A stretch of DNA of 61,661 nt, from the NCBI GenBank assembly GCA_964371555.1, contig CAYJMQ010000001.1, positions 10,882 to 72,542 on the forward strand, in the 5' to 3' direction. Positions within the stretch are counted from its first letter, which is position 1. The number at the start of each line of letters is the position of its first letter. The DNA comes from an uncultured bacterium. Its GTDB lineage: Bacteria; Bdellovibrionota; JACOXK01; 2-02-FULL-40-11. The notes under the pieces are model-generated. The model ran no database searches. It saw only the letters and a program-made list of their open reading frames with translations, and had not been told where the DNA came from. Below are positions 8,170 to 19,315 of this stretch, one piece after another. The position numbers and the translations under genes were made by a program.

Positions 8170-8179
8170 GGGGGACAGC

Positions 8180-11100
8180 GTGAAAATCAGACGAAAATTC
8201 ACGAAAAACATAAAGAGTCCGTATGACGGGATAACATTTGTAGAGCGTAGGTCGGAGCTCAAAAATCCCGATGGGTCGCTTGTCTGCCTGGCAGATCATG
8301 TGACTATCCCCGATTTTTGGTCGCAGGTTGCGACGGATATTCTGGTGCAAAAATATTTTAGGAAAGCAGGGCTTCGTTCAGCCCCCAAAAAATCGCTTTA
8401 TGGTTCTAAAGATGCCGATATGGAGACAGATGCGAGGCAGGTGTTTCATCGTTTGAGCGGTTGTTGGACCGACTGGGGGAAAAAATATGGCTATTTCGAT
8501 TCCGAAAATGACACAAAGAATTTCTATGATGAAATTTCTTATATGTTGGTTCATCAAATCGCGGCCCCCAATAGCCCTCAATGGTTTAATACAGGGATCT
8601 ACTGGGCATACGGCATTGAAGGGAAGGGGCAGGGGCACTATTATGTCGATCCGAAGACAGAGAAGCTGAAGCTCTCGGGTTCAGCCTATCAACGTCCACA
8701 GCCCCACGCCTGTTTTATTCAGTCGATTAAAGACGATCTCGTGAATGAAGGGGGGATCATGGATTTGTGGACGCGCGAGGCCCGCCTTTTTAAATATGGT
8801 TCGGGGACTGGGACAAACTTCAGCGCGATTCGTGCGGCGGGGGAAAAACTATCGGGCGGGGGCGTTTCTTCGGGGCTTATGTCTTTTTTGTCGATCGGGG
8901 ATCGCGCGGCCGGGGCGATCAAAAGCGGGGGAACAACACGACGCGCGGCCAAGATGGTCTGTCTCAATTTGGATCACCCCGACATCGTCGAGTTTATAGA
9001 ATGGAAAGCGCGTGAGGAGCAAAAAGTGGTGGCGCTTGTTGCGGGGTCGCGAACTACCAAAGAAGCGCTCACGAAGATTTTAAAAGCCTGCGTGTTACAG
9101 AGAGAAAGGCTGGGTCAGAAGGCATATAACCTTAAAGAGAACCCATTGCTCCTGGAGGCGGTGCGTGAGGCAAGTCGTTTTAAAATCCCTCTCAACTATG
9201 CCTATCGCGCCATTCAGCTTGCCGAGCAGGGTTTCACAGAAATTGAATTTATCGAGCTCGATGTCGACTGGAACTCCGAGGCCTATCGAACCGTCGGGGG
9301 ACAAAATTCAAATAACTCTGTTCGGATCCCCAATTCCTTTTTTGAAGCGGTCGAAAAGGATGCTGATTGGCATCTTACGTCGCGAACCGATGGAAAGACA
9401 TTAAAGACGATTAAGGCGCGCGAGCTCTGGGAGAAAATCTGCCATGCCGCCTGGTCTTCGGCCGATCCCGGCATACAATATGACACGATTATCAACGAGT
9501 GGCATACCTGTCCGCAAGATGGGAGGATTAATGCCTCCAATCCCTGTTCAGAATATATGTTCTTAGACGATACGGCCTGCAACCTCGCCTCGATCAATCT
9601 TCTTAAATTTTACGATGCCGAAAGAGGGATTTTTGATATCGACTCGTTCAAACATGCCTGTCATCTCTGGACGATCGTTTTGGAGATCTCTGTTTTAATG
9701 GCGCAATTTCCAAGTAAAGAGATCGCCAGTAAAAGCTTTGTATTCCGGACGCTGGGGCTGGGGTTTGCGAATCTTGGGGCGCTTCTCATGTGTATGGGGA
9801 TCCCCTACGACAGCGAAGAGGGGCGTGCGATTGCGGCCTGTTTAACATCGATCATGTGTGGAGAGTCATACGCCACAAGCGGCGCCATGGCCAAAGAGCT
9901 TGGGGCGTTTGGCGGCTATGAAAGAAATAAAAAGAATATGCTTCGCGTCATTCGAAACCACAGAGGAGCGGCCCATAACGCTCCGAAGGATGAATACGAA
10001 GGGCTCTCCGTTACTCCCCAGGGAATTCGCGCCGCGCATGCCCCTGAATATTTTGTTTCCGCAGCGCTTGATGCGTGGGATCGCGCCCTGGAAGCGGGAG
10101 AGAAATATGGCTACCGGAACGCGCAGGTGACAGTCATTGCGCCGACCGGCACGATTGGTCTTGTGATGGATTGCGACACAACAGGGGTTGAGCCCGATTT
10201 TGCTCTTGTGAAATTTAAGAAACTCGCGGGGGGCGGCTATTTTAAAATTATCAATCAGTCGGTTCCGGCGGCGTTAAAGCGCCTCGGTTATTCGACCAGA
10301 GAAATAGAAGAGATTGTCAGCTATATAAAGGGGCATGGGACGCTCAAAGGGGCGCCCTTTATTAATCATGAAACCCTTCGGGCGATGGGATTTACAGATG
10401 AAGCGCTCGAAAAACTTGAAGCGTATCTCCCGTCTGTTTTTAGAATCGACTTTGCATTCAATAAACATCTCTTGGGGGGGGCTTTTTGTCGTGAACTTCT
10501 GCATTTAACGGATGAAGATCTGGGGCGATGGAATTTTAATATGCTTGGGGCGCTCGGGTTCAAAAAAGAGGAGATCGAGGCAGCCAACGATTATTGCTGT
10601 GGGACGATGACCGTCGAAGGGGCGCCGCATCTCAAAGAAGAGCACTACCCGATTTTTGACTGCGCGAATAAATGCGGTAAATATGGGAAGCGCTTCATTG
10701 AATATCAGGGGCATATCAAAATGATGGGGGCTGTTCAGCCGTTTATTTCAGGGGCGATCAGCAAAACCATCAACATGCCGCACGAGGCAACGGTCGCAGA
10801 TATTAAGAAGGCTTATTATGACTCCTGGCAGCTCATGATCAAAGCGAACGCCCTCTACCGCGACGGCTCAAAACTCTCTCAGCCTCTCAATGCTGTTGCC
10901 GAAGATGCGGCAGAGATCATTCTTGCGGCTTCACAAGAGGAAAAAATTGAAAAGATCGCGGAAAAAGTTGTCACCCGTTATATTTCCAAAAAGCGCCCGC
11001 TCCCCCCGCGTCGATCGGGATATACGCAAAAAGCGGAGATTGGGGGCCTTAAGGTTTATCTGAGAACGGGTGAATACGAAGATGGGACGCTCGGTGAAAT

Positions 11101-11731
11101 CTTTCTCGATATGCATAAAGAGGGGGCGGCGTTTCGAAGTCTCATGAACTGTTTTGCGATTGCAGTTTCGATGGGGCTTCAATACGGGGTTCCGCTCGAA
11201 GAATTCATCAATCAGTTTGCATTTACACGCTTTGATCCTTCGGGAGTTGTGAACGAACATGATCATATTAAGATGGCAACCAGTATTGTCGACTACATTT
11301 TTAGAGAGCTTGCGATGACTTATCTCGGTCGGTACGATCTTGTTCAAATTCCACCCAAGGATTCAGAGCATTTGAAACCGAAGACACTCCCTCACCATGT
11401 GAGTCAGCAAAATCAAAAGCGAAAAGCAGAGGAGGGATTTACGTTTGTTCTTCCGCCGGCGACGGATGAAGGGGGCGCTTCTCTAGAAATTGGAGGAATG
11501 GGTGAAATTGGGGGAATTAGGAGAATTGGGGAAAATGGAGGAAATGGCGCAGAGAATGGGGCAAATGGACATGAAGCAGGGAGCGGTCATATTGGATTCT
11601 CTCTTCAGAGAATGGCGCTGCTTCAGGGATACGAAGGGGATTCGTGCGGGGAGTGCGGGCAATTTACAATGGTAAGAAACGGGTCATGTTTAAAATGCGC
11701 CTCCTGTGGAACGACGTCCGGGTGTTCATAG
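8180..11731 (+). CDS. nrdJ: Adenosylcobalamin-dependent ribonucleotide reductase, class II (long form)
   Basis: 1183 aa with a GTG start. Active-site region [22 protein letters not shown] and C-terminal Cys-rich tail DSCGECG...CLKCASCG. Confidence 0.92.
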   Translation: MKIRRKFTKNIKSPYDGITFVERRSELKNPDGSLVCLADHVTIPDFWSQVATDILVQKYFRKAGLRSAPKKSLYGSKDADMETDARQVFHRLSGCWTDWGKKYGYFDSENDTKNFYDEISYMLVHQIAAPNSPQWFNTGIYWAYGIEGKGQGHYYVDPKTEKLKLSGSAYQRPQPHACFIQSIKDDLVNEGGIMDLWTREARLFKYGSGTGTNFSAIRAAGEKLSGGGVSSGLMSFLSIGDRAAGAIKSGGTTRRAAKMVCLNLDHPDIVEFIEWKAREEQKVVALVAGSRTTKEALTKILKACVLQRERLGQKAYNLKENPLLLEAVREASRFKIPLNYAYRAIQLAEQGFTEIEFIELDVDWNSEAYRTVGGQNSNNSVRIPNSFFEAVEKDADWHLTSRTDGKTLKTIKARELWEKICHAAWSSADPGIQYDTIINEWHTCPQDGRINASNPCSEYMFLDDTACNLASINLLKFYDAERGIFDIDSFKHACHLWTIVLEISVLMAQFPSKEIASKSFVFRTLGLGFANLGALLMCMGIPYDSEEGRAIAACLTSIMCGESYATSGAMAKELGAFGGYERNKKNMLRVIRNHRGAAHNAPKDEYEGLSVTPQGIRAAHAPEYFVSAALDAWDRALEAGEKYGYRNAQVTVIAPTGTIGLVMDCDTTGVEPDFALVKFKKLAGGGYFKIINQSVPAALKRLGYSTREIEEIVSYIKGHGTLKGAPFINHETLRAMGFTDEALEKLEAYLPSVFRIDFAFNKHLLGGAFCRELLHLTDEDLGRWNFNMLGALGFKKEEIEAANDYCCGTMTVEGAPHLKEEHYPIFDCANKCGKYGKRFIEYQGHIKMMGAVQPFISGAISKTINMPHEATVADIKKAYYDSWQLMIKANALYRDGSKLSQPLNAVAEDAAEIILAASQEEKIEKIAEKVVTRYISKKRPLPPRRSGYTQKAEIGGLKVYLRTGEYEDGTLGEIFLDMHKEGAAFRSLMNCFAIAVSMGLQYGVPLEEFINQFAFTRFDPSGVVNEHDHIKMATSIVDYIFRELAMTYLGRYDLVQIPPKDSEHLKPKTLPHHVSQQNQKRKAEEGFTFVLPPATDEGGASLEIGGMGEIGGIRRIGENGGNGAENGANGHEAGSGHIGFSLQRMALLQGYEGDSCGECGQFTMVRNGSCLKCASCGTTSGCS
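11487..11570 (+). repeat. Degenerate short tandem units (GGnGAAATTGGGG-like) encoding a Gly/Asn/Glu-rich linker in the NrdJ tail
   Basis: Encodes [28 protein letters not shown] between the catalytic body and the Cys-rich tail. Confidence 0.6.
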
Positions 11732-11771
11732 CTTTTGTTGGATATGGTTTTTGCCGATAAGGAGGTAGCGT

Positions 11772-12518
11772 ATGGGGCCTTTTTTTCTAATGGTATTGTT
11801 ATTATTTCTTTCCGCCTGTGGTGTCGTGGCAAACGCGGGGGAAGAAGAAACGCCATTTAATGGAAATGCTGTCGAAGCGATTGTTCCGATCACATTCCCT
11901 CCGGAAGGGAATAGCGGTAACGGGGATAGTCCCACCCAGTATTGTTCAGCGGATGAAAATGGTCAATTTTCAGACCGTGTCCAGGTTTCAAAAGGCTCTG
12001 AGAGTGGTTTTGTCTGGGCGGAAGGGGGCGCCTGTATTTTCAGGTCGATTCGCGAGGTGTGGGGAGTCTCTCATAACCACCCCCTGATGGTGTGGGATGG
12101 GGTCGATAGCTCGACTTTCACTGAACGGTCTGACCGGCCAGACGGGGTTTCTCACTTTTATGAAATTAACTATTTTGTCGATGAAATCATCGATGTCGAC
12201 TGGACGATGAATTGGTATCACAGTGTCCGGCAGGGGGCATTTGATCAGCCCCTTCAGGTTTTAATCAATTACAAAAAGGTTAAAGGGACCCGTTTTATCC
12301 CCTATTGGGAAGGCTCGATTATTCTTCACCAGGTGACCCCTGGCATTATCTCAATCTCCATGCGCAATCAGATCCGTGCAAGCCGTACAGACGAAGATGA
12401 TGCCGCAAATACCATCCGCGATGTTGTTCAGAAGCTTCGCACCGGTCCTCCCAACTGGGAGCCGTTGCAGCCAAGGGAGTGGATAAATCCGTTCAGCTTT
12501 TTTGCCCATGTAAAATAG
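11772..12518 (+). CDS. Hypothetical lipoprotein
   Basis: Lipobox LLLFLSAC after a hydrophobic N-terminus. No confident domain. Confidence 0.6.
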   Translation: MGPFFLMVLLLFLSACGVVANAGEEETPFNGNAVEAIVPITFPPEGNSGNGDSPTQYCSADENGQFSDRVQVSKGSESGFVWAEGGACIFRSIREVWGVSHNHPLMVWDGVDSSTFTERSDRPDGVSHFYEINYFVDEIIDVDWTMNWYHSVRQGAFDQPLQVLINYKKVKGTRFIPYWEGSIILHQVTPGIISISMRNQIRASRTDEDDAANTIRDVVQKLRTGPPNWEPLQPREWINPFSFFAHVK

Positions 12519-13095
12519 AAACTTTCTCGGATTGCCATCTGTTTTTTGTGAGTGTATGCACCGATCGCTGTCCTTTTCGATACTCGTCTAAATGAATTTC
12601 ATAAATATCCCACTTAAAAGGTCTGCAGAAGACAACCCCCAAATTGGGCGCTCGTTTTTGTATGTCTATTTCTTCAGGGAGTTCTGAGTCGAGCGACAGG
12701 TGTTTGGCATCGAGCCAATAGGCGGTCCTCACTTCGGAGCGGATTTTGAGCCACATCTCATCCAGAAGCTCTTTGAATGTCTGGTTTTTCGGTTCGATAA
12801 GTTCTGCTTCTGCCTGAAAGCGGAATTGGATTTCCCGCGATGTGTCGTAATAGCAGCCTGAAAGATGAGCGTGTTTTTTAAGTTCATGCCATTTGTCGGA
12901 TTTAAGATGGGTGCTGAAGGCAATCACATCGGGCTCTTTTAAATAATGGAGATGCAGGGTCCGAAGGGTCGGTTGTTTTCCTTTGGAAAGGGTTGCGATT
13001 TGACCATAGGCAGGGCGCTGGTTATCACCGAATGTCTCCGCGATGATTTTATAATATAAAGAAGGGGCCATTTGGGTTTTCATCCATTTCCCCAT
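12493..13095 (-). CDS. Pyridoxamine 5'-phosphate oxidase-like FMN-binding protein (Alr4036-type)
   Basis: The pattern QIATLSKGKQPTLRTLHLHY...FSTHLKSDKWHELKK...YYDTSREIQFRFQAEAELI resembles the PNPOx split-barrel family. It has a convergent 26-nt overlap with the previous CDS. Confidence 0.55.
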   Translation of the reverse strand: MGKWMKTQMAPSLYYKIIAETFGDNQRPAYGQIATLSKGKQPTLRTLHLHYLKEPDVIAFSTHLKSDKWHELKKHAHLSGCYYDTSREIQFRFQAEAELIEPKNQTFKELLDEMWLKIRSEVRTAYWLDAKHLSLDSELPEEIDIQKRAPNLGVVFCRPFKWDIYEIHLDEYRKGQRSVHTLTKNRWQSEKVSILHGQKS

Positions 13096-13183
13096 ACCAG
13101 CTCTTTTTTAGAAAAGCCATCAAATTTCAGACTTGATTGGGGAGGGTATTTTGCAGTATGGTGCCAGCTATCGGGTGAGGGAC

Positions 13184-13981
13184 ATGCTAAAAAAACTTGT
13201 TTTATGGGTCATATTTTTAACCCCTTTCGCTCAAGCGGCGGAGCAGACGCCCAAAGAGCTGGTCGGTGTGGGGATCGACGAGCATCTGGGGGGGGCGGTT
13301 TCCCTCGATCTCACTTTTAAAAATGCGCTGGGGGAGATGGAGCCGTTAAAGAACTTCTTTGATGGCAAACACCCTGTTGTCTTAAATCTCGTCTATTACC
13401 GCTGTCCGAATGTCTGCCATTATCTTTTGGATGGTTTTACAAGCTCAGTCATGAAACTGCCGTGGGTGGTTGGAAAGCAGTTTCAGGTGGTGACGGTGAG
13501 CATCAATCCGGAGGAAACCGAAGAAGACGCGAAAAAGAAAAGACAACAAATCCTCCATCGTTACCGGCATAAGTCTGCTGTCAGCGGCTGGCACTTTTTG
13601 ACAGGTGAAGAAAAAAATATCCGGAAACTGGCAGAAGAAGCCGGATTTCGCTATCAATACGATCCGGAACGAAAAGAGTACGCGCATCCCTCTGTTATTT
13701 TTGTTTTAACGCCGGATGGAAAAATTTCCCGTTATCTTTACGGCATTCAATTCAATCGTTTGGATCTGAAGCTTGCGCTTCTCGAGGCGGCTGGCGGGAA
13801 GATTGGCAATGTCATTGACAGGCTTCTTCTCTATTGTTATCACTTCGACCCGAAAAACCGGAAATATGCGCTCATGGCAGTCAATTCGATGAAAATTGCG
13901 GGATCAATCACAGTGCTTGGTTTGGTTTTGTTGGTTTCCTTTTTATTTTTATCCCGAAAAAATAAGAAAAAATTGATCTGA
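13184..13981 (+). CDS. SCO1/SenC copper chaperone for cytochrome oxidase assembly
   Basis: Thioredoxin-like fold with CPNVCH (CxxxC) and a downstream His. Signal peptide MLKKLVLWVIFLTPFAQA. Lies immediately upstream of ctaC. Confidence 0.85.
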   Translation: MLKKLVLWVIFLTPFAQAAEQTPKELVGVGIDEHLGGAVSLDLTFKNALGEMEPLKNFFDGKHPVVLNLVYYRCPNVCHYLLDGFTSSVMKLPWVVGKQFQVVTVSINPEETEEDAKKKRQQILHRYRHKSAVSGWHFLTGEEKNIRKLAEEAGFRYQYDPERKEYAHPSVIFVLTPDGKISRYLYGIQFNRLDLKLALLEAAGGKIGNVIDRLLLYCYHFDPKNRKYALMAVNSMKIAGSITVLGLVLLVSFLFLSRKNKKKLI

Positions 13982-14925
13982 TGTTTGGACTTCCACAGGC
14001 TTCCACGATCGCGCAAAATATCGATGCCCTTTATCGGTTTATTTTTGGGGCGGCTTTCCTGAGCTTTGGCATTATTGTGTCTGGAATGATCTTTTTCATT
14101 TTTCGATATCGAAGAAGATCTCAGGATTCCGATAAAAAGACTCCCTATATTACAGGACATCTTCCAACAGAATTCAGTGTTGCCGGGGTTTTGTTGATTC
14201 TTGTCATGGTTATTTTTCTTTGGGGATGGATCGATTATAGAAAAATCATCCGCTCGCCGGATGATGCGCTGGAAATCAATGTGGTTGGAAAGCAGTGGCT
14301 TTGGGATATCTGGTATACGAATGGAAGGCAGCTGACAAACGAGCTCGTTGTCCCCAAAGATCGGCCGGTGAAGCTTCTCATGAGCTCTCAGGATGTGATT
14401 CATAGTTTTTTTATTCCTGCCTTTCGGTTGAAACAGGATGTTCTTCCGGGGCGATATACAACCCTTTGGTTTCAGGCGACAGAATCGGGCGAACATCAGG
14501 CGCTTTGCGCCGAATATTGTGGAACCGCGCATTCGCAGATGCTTGCAAAGGTGAAAGTGCTTGAGCCCGCCGAGTTTGAGTCGTGGCAGGCGGCATGGAA
14601 ACCGCTTGAAGCTAAAAAACCAAAGGAAGGTGTGAGTCTTTTGGATCTCGGTCAGGAGCTTTTTACAAAAAAAGGGTGCAACGCCTGTCATACGGTGACA
14701 GACCAAAAATTGATTGGACCCGGAATGAAAGGAATTTTTGGAAAAACCTCTGAATTGGCCGATGGAACAAAAGTGAAAGTCGATGAAAATTATATACGGG
14801 AGTCGCTCATGGATCCACAGGTGAAGCTCGCCAAAGGATATCCTCCGGTGATGCCGACTTTCCGGGGAACTTTAACGGATGATGAAGTGAATGCTCTGGT
14901 TGTTTATTTAAAAAGTTTAAAGTAA
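13981..14925 (+). CDS. ctaC: Cytochrome c oxidase subunit II with fused cytochrome c domain (caa3-type)
   Basis: CuA site HSFFIPAF...CAEYCGTAHSQM and C-terminal heme-c motif CNACH. Confidence 0.92.
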   Translation: MFGLPQASTIAQNIDALYRFIFGAAFLSFGIIVSGMIFFIFRYRRRSQDSDKKTPYITGHLPTEFSVAGVLLILVMVIFLWGWIDYRKIIRSPDDALEINVVGKQWLWDIWYTNGRQLTNELVVPKDRPVKLLMSSQDVIHSFFIPAFRLKQDVLPGRYTTLWFQATESGEHQALCAEYCGTAHSQMLAKVKVLEPAEFESWQAAWKPLEAKKPKEGVSLLDLGQELFTKKGCNACHTVTDQKLIGPGMKGIFGKTSELADGTKVKVDENYIRESLMDPQVKLAKGYPPVMPTFRGTLTDDEVNALVVYLKSLK

Positions 14926-14936
14926 GGGAATAGCTT

Positions 14937-16526
14937 ATGGCGCTTGTTCATCATGAAAAAAATTATCTTGAGGAAGGGGGGATCTTTTCGTGGTTTACCA
15001 CTCTCGATCATAAGCGGATCGGCGTGATGTATCTGGCGACAACGCTCTTCTTTTTTATGATCGGCGGGCTGTTTGCGGTTTTGCTGAGACTTGAACTTTT
15101 TAGACCCGGCCCCCTCTTTTCACCCGATCTTTACAATAAATTTTTTACCTTCCACGGCGCGATCATGATTTTTATGTTTATTATCCCCATTATCCCCGCG
15201 GCGCTTGGAAACTTTTTCCTTCCGATTCAGATTGGGGCAAAGGATGTCGCTTTTCCGCGTTTGAATCTTTTCAGCTATTACCTCTTTGTCGGCGGGGCGC
15301 TCCTCGCGGGGGCCGCCCTTTTTACCGGCGGCGTCGATACCGGCTGGACGTTCTATGCCCCTTATAGCATTCGCACGCAGACGAGTGTGATTTTGGTGAC
15401 GCTCGGTGTCTTTGTGATGGGGTTTTCCTCGATTCTAACCGGGCTTAATTTCATTGTGACGGTTCACAAGCTCAGGGCGCCAGGCATGACGTTTCATCAT
15501 ATGCCTCTCTTTATCTGGGCGATTTATGCGACGGCGATCATTCAGGTTCTGGCAACCCCTGTGATTGGAATTACAACGCTCCTTTTGGTGATGGAGCGGG
15601 TTCTTGGCATTGGAATTTTTGATCCAAAATTGGGGGGGGATCCTGTTTTATTTCAACATTTCTTTTGGTTCTATTCGCATCCTGCTGTCTATATTATGAT
15701 TCTTCCCGGGATGGGAATTATCAGTGAAGTGATTACCGTTTTTTCCAGGAAGCATATCTTTGGATATAAAGCGATCGCCTATTCGAGCCTTGCGATTGCA
15801 TTCATCAGCTTTTTGGTCTGGGGACATCATATGTTTGTGAGTGGCCAATCGGCGCTTGCCAATCTCCTTTTTTCATTCCTGACGATGTTTGTTGCGGTGC
15901 CGACCGCGATCAAGATTTTTAACTGGACGGCGACACTCTACCGGGGTTCCATCTGGCTTCAGACGCCGATGCTCTATGTGCTCTCTTTTATTTTCTTATT
16001 TACGATTGGGGGGCTTACCGGGCTTTTTTTGGCAGCCATTTCTGTCGATGTCCATCTTCATGATACCTATTTTGTTGTTGCCCATTTCCACTATGTGATG
16101 ATGGGGGGGACGGTCATGGGGCTGCTTGCCGGGCTTCATTATTGGTGGCCTAAGATGTTTGGCCGGATGTATCCGGAAATATGGGGGAAAATTTCGTGCG
16201 CGCTGATCTTTATCGGTTTTAATGTGACCTTTTTTCCACAGTTTTTTCTGGGGCAGCGCGGCATGCCGAGACGGTATAACGACTATTTAGAACACTATAC
16301 CGATCTTAATATGCTTTCATCCATTGGGTCGTGGTTTATTACCGCGGGATTTGTCATTATGGCAGTCTATTTTATCTGGTCTCTCAGGCGGGGTTCGATT
16401 GCCGCTCAAAATCCGTGGGGTGGGAAGACTCTTGAATGGCAGATTGAATCTCCTCCGACGGTTCACAATTTTCACAAAACACCTGAGATAGCGGCGGGTC
16501 CCTATGAATATGGAGTAAAGGAATGA
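14937..16526 (+). CDS. ctaD: Cytochrome c oxidase subunit I
   Basis: 529 aa with 12+ TM segments. Motifs [17 protein letters not shown] and GHHMF. Confidence 0.95.
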   Translation: MALVHHEKNYLEEGGIFSWFTTLDHKRIGVMYLATTLFFFMIGGLFAVLLRLELFRPGPLFSPDLYNKFFTFHGAIMIFMFIIPIIPAALGNFFLPIQIGAKDVAFPRLNLFSYYLFVGGALLAGAALFTGGVDTGWTFYAPYSIRTQTSVILVTLGVFVMGFSSILTGLNFIVTVHKLRAPGMTFHHMPLFIWAIYATAIIQVLATPVIGITTLLLVMERVLGIGIFDPKLGGDPVLFQHFFWFYSHPAVYIMILPGMGIISEVITVFSRKHIFGYKAIAYSSLAIAFISFLVWGHHMFVSGQSALANLLFSFLTMFVAVPTAIKIFNWTATLYRGSIWLQTPMLYVLSFIFLFTIGGLTGLFLAAISVDVHLHDTYFVVAHFHYVMMGGTVMGLLAGLHYWWPKMFGRMYPEIWGKISCALIFIGFNVTFFPQFFLGQRGMPRRYNDYLEHYTDLNMLSSIGSWFITAGFVIMAVYFIWSLRRGSIAAQNPWGGKTLEWQIESPPTVHNFHKTPEIAAGPYEYGVKE

Positions 16527-17161
16527 ATGGCGCAAGGCATGTCATTGCCAGTCATTTTGAAACAGCGGAACAGGCTTATGGCTCGGCAAAGCTTGGGGTC
16601 TGGCTCTTCCTTGTGACGGAGATTCTTCTCTTCGGCGGACTCTTTGTGGCTTATATTGTGTTCCGGTCGCTCTATCCGGAGATGTTTGACGAGGCGTCAA
16701 AGTTTTTAAACCGATCGATGGGGGCGATTAACACCGTGGTTCTCATTTGCAGCAGTTTTACAATGGCGATGGCTGTGAATAAAACCCAGCATGACAATAA
16801 AAAATCTGCAGTCCGGTATTTGACGATTACCTTACTCTGTGGCGCGGCGTTTATGGCGATTAAATATTTTGAGTATATGCACAAGATCCATGAAGGGCTT
16901 TTGCCAGGGGCGCATTTTTCTTTTGAAACGATTGCGCATCCCAAAGCGCCGCTTTTTTTCTCCCTCTATTTTATGATGACCGGCCTTCATGGACTTCATG
17001 TGCTTGCCGGGATGGGGCTTATCTTTTGGGTACTTCTTCGATTACGGCGGGGAGATTTCAATCATGAGTATAATACACCGGTGGAATTGACAGGAATTTA
17101 TTGGCACCTGGTAGATCTGATCTGGATCTATCTCTTTCCACTGCTTTATTTAATTGGGTGA
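16523..17161 (+). CDS. ctaE: Cytochrome c oxidase subunit III
   Basis: Typical subunit III TM pattern ([17 protein letters not shown]) and a 4-nt overlap with ctaD. Confidence 0.9.
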   Translation: MNGARHVIASHFETAEQAYGSAKLGVWLFLVTEILLFGGLFVAYIVFRSLYPEMFDEASKFLNRSMGAINTVVLICSSFTMAMAVNKTQHDNKKSAVRYLTITLLCGAAFMAIKYFEYMHKIHEGLLPGAHFSFETIAHPKAPLFFSLYFMMTGLHGLHVLAGMGLIFWVLLRLRRGDFNHEYNTPVELTGIYWHLVDLIWIYLFPLLYLIG

Positions 17162-17165
17162 GGGG

Positions 17166-17441
17166 ATGCAAAACGGCGTCGATCATAGACACGAATATTT
17201 CAATGTATGGATGTCTCTTCTGGGGCTGACCGTTGCGACGGTTGCCGTTTCATACCTGGAGTTAGGGGTTCTTAATATTTTCGTCGCAATGGCGATTGCG
17301 TCGGTGAAAGCGGTGTTTGTCTGTCTCTATTTCATGCATCTCAAATATGATAATCGGGTCAATCAGGTTGTTTTTATTTCAGCGTTTTTATTTTTGTTTA
17401 TTTTTGCGGGACTCACGCTGAGTGATGTTCTTTTTAGATAA
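17166..17441 (+). CDS. Cytochrome c oxidase subunit IV (small membrane subunit)
   Basis: About 90 aa with 3 TM segments, in the expected operon position. GTG at 17154 is an alternative start. Confidence 0.7.
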   Translation: MQNGVDHRHEYFNVWMSLLGLTVATVAVSYLELGVLNIFVAMAIASVKAVFVCLYFMHLKYDNRVNQVVFISAFLFLFIFAGLTLSDVLFR

Positions 17442-17458
17442 CCGCAAGCTCATTTTTT

Positions 17459-18322
17459 ATGATTAAACTCCTTCGCTTAAATATTGTCCTCACCTTCCTC
17501 CTCATCATCTGGGGGGGCGTTGTCAGAAATTTTGATGCGGGGCTCGCGTGTCCAGACTGGCCGCTCTGTCATGGCAAGGTCATTCCCCCGCTGGATCCTC
17601 TTGTCTTAATTGAGTGGGGGCATAGGCTGCTTGCTGCGGTTGTTGGGTTGCTGACGCTTGTGGTTTCATTTTCTTATCGAAAGAAATTTGGTTTCATTGC
17701 GTTTCTGCCGCTTTTGCTTGTTATTTTTCAGGCGCTTCTTGGGGGGGCAACGGTCAAAGGGATGTTACATCCAAAATGGGTTTCACTGCACCTCGCTTTT
17801 GGGCTTCTCTATTTTGCAAGTCTGCTCTGGATTTTGCTTGAAGCGCGGCAAGCCTCTTTTCAAAGAAAATGGTCGGGCGGCTGGCTTTTCTGTCTGTTTG
17901 CGACACTTCTTGTTTATGGACAGGCAGTTTTGGGAGGGGGAGTTGCATCGAGTGGGGCCGGGCTTGCCTGCCCCGATTTCCCGACCTGCTATGGGGCATG
18001 GCTGCCTGAATTAAAAGGAGGGGTTGCCCTTCAGTTTTTTCATCGCGTGGGGGCATTTTTGGTGACCCTTGTTTCGGTTCTTTTGTTTTGGTTTTCTTAT
18101 CTTTTTAATGGGGTAAATGGGGTGAATGGGTGGGGATACGATTTCAGGAAAATGTCATTTTTGATTCTCATATTGACATTCATTCAGGTTGGACTGGGAA
18201 TTTCAAATGTGATCTTTAGACTCCCCGAATTCTTAAGTATTTTACATTTGGTTTTTGCGACACTCCTTTTTGCGAATTTCTTTATACTGACATATAAGGT
18301 GAAACATGCGCGCGTATCTTAG
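17459..18322 (+). CDS. ctaA: Heme A synthase (COX15/CtaA)
   Basis: Eight TM segments, paired Cys motifs CPDWPLC and CPDFPTC, and conserved His residues. Confidence 0.85.
   Translation: MIKLLRLNIVLTFLLIIWGGVVRNFDAGLACPDWPLCHGKVIPPLDPLVLIEWGHRLLAAVVGLLTLVVSFSYRKKFGFIAFLPLLLVIFQALLGGATVKGMLHPKWVSLHLAFGLLYFASLLWILLEARQASFQRKWSGGWLFCLFATLLVYGQAVLGGGVASSGAGLACPDFPTCYGAWLPELKGGVALQFFHRVGAFLVTLVSVLLFWFSYLFNGVNGVNGWGYDFRKMSFLILILTFIQVGLGISNVIFRLPEFLSILHLVFATLLFANFFILTYKVKHARVS
18107..18133 (+). repeat. 9-bp tandem repeat x3 inside ctaA (encodes NGVNGVNGW)
   Basis: AATGGGGTA AATGGGGTG AATGGGTGG, read directly. Confidence 0.85.
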
Positions 18323-19154
18323 TTTGGTAAAACCCCGGATTAGTCTCCTTTTTGCGATAACAGGATTGACCGCAATATTGGTTCACGGAGGGCCTCATCC
18401 TTTTCGTTTTTTTATGATTGTTTTGGGGATTTTTCTTGTTGGCGGGGCGGCGAACGCCTTTAATCAATATCTTGAGAGGGATATCGATAGCCGGATGTCA
18501 AGAACAGCATCCCGGCGGCCGCTTCCGCTTGGCCTGATTTCACCAGGGAAGGCTTTAATATTTAGCTGCTTCATCAGCTTCCTGGGGGTAGGATTGCTCT
18601 TTAAATTTGGGGGGGCGCTTTCTTCTCTTTTGGGACTCGGAACGATCCTCTTTTATAGTTTTTTCTACACGCTCTGGTTAAAACCGAAAACCCCTTACAA
18701 TATTGTAATCGGCGGGATTGCAGGCGCCATGGGGCCTCTCATTGGATGGGCTGCAGTGGCGGGGACGATTGAGCTCACTCCATTTTTGATGTTTTTAATC
18801 ATCTTTTTTTGGACTCCCCCCCATTTTTGGGCGCTTGCGCTCTATCATCAGGATGATTACAAAAAAGTTGGACTGCCAATGCTTCCGGTTGTGCGGGGCG
18901 AAGAAATCACCCGGAGACAAATTCTTCTTTATTCATTTACATTGATCCCCCTTTCGGCTTCGCTCTACTTTGTATCAGATGTATTGAATATGATTTATTT
19001 GTCATCGGCATTGGCGCTTGGCGGACTTTTTATTTGGTTTGCGTTTGTCGTCTATCAGAAGAAGACAGTTCAGGCATATCAGCGCCTCTTTCGCTATTCA
19101 ATAGGTTACATGACGCTTCTTTATCTTGCGATGATGCTTGACACGCTCCTGTAA
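18306..19154 (+). CDS. ctaB: Protoheme IX farnesyltransferase (heme O synthase)
   Basis: UbiA-family motif NQYLERDIDSRMSRTASRP, multi-TM, adjacent to ctaA. Confidence 0.9.
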   Translation: MRAYLSLVKPRISLLFAITGLTAILVHGGPHPFRFFMIVLGIFLVGGAANAFNQYLERDIDSRMSRTASRRPLPLGLISPGKALIFSCFISFLGVGLLFKFGGALSSLLGLGTILFYSFFYTLWLKPKTPYNIVIGGIAGAMGPLIGWAAVAGTIELTPFLMFLIIFFWTPPHFWALALYHQDDYKKVGLPMLPVVRGEEITRRQILLYSFTLIPLSASLYFVSDVLNMIYLSSALALGGLFIWFAFVVYQKKTVQAYQRLFRYSIGYMTLLYLAMMLDTLL

Positions 19155-19315
19155 GTCTGTTTTCAGCTATCACAACTGTCTAACAAAATTTGTCACATTT
19201 GGGGCAGAGTGGGCTCGGGCTTTGGCTTGGGACGGGTCTTCAAGCCCATTTTATTGCAAAAAATAAGCCCGGGGCTGGCATTGATGTTGCACCTTAGTAT
19301 GGTATGAGGTGGTCT

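Noticed and set aside
8180-11731. Possible intein in the long NrdJ
   Set aside because: The sequence reads as continuous class II RNR. No intein block motifs are present (no Cys/Ser-start ... HN-Cys junction, no LAGLIDADG/HNH insert). Its length fits the long-form family.
13840-14706. 288-aa ORF on the minus strand
   Set aside because: It is entirely antisense to the well-supported SCO1 and ctaC genes. Its Arg/Lys/Phe-rich composition is typical of a shadow ORF.
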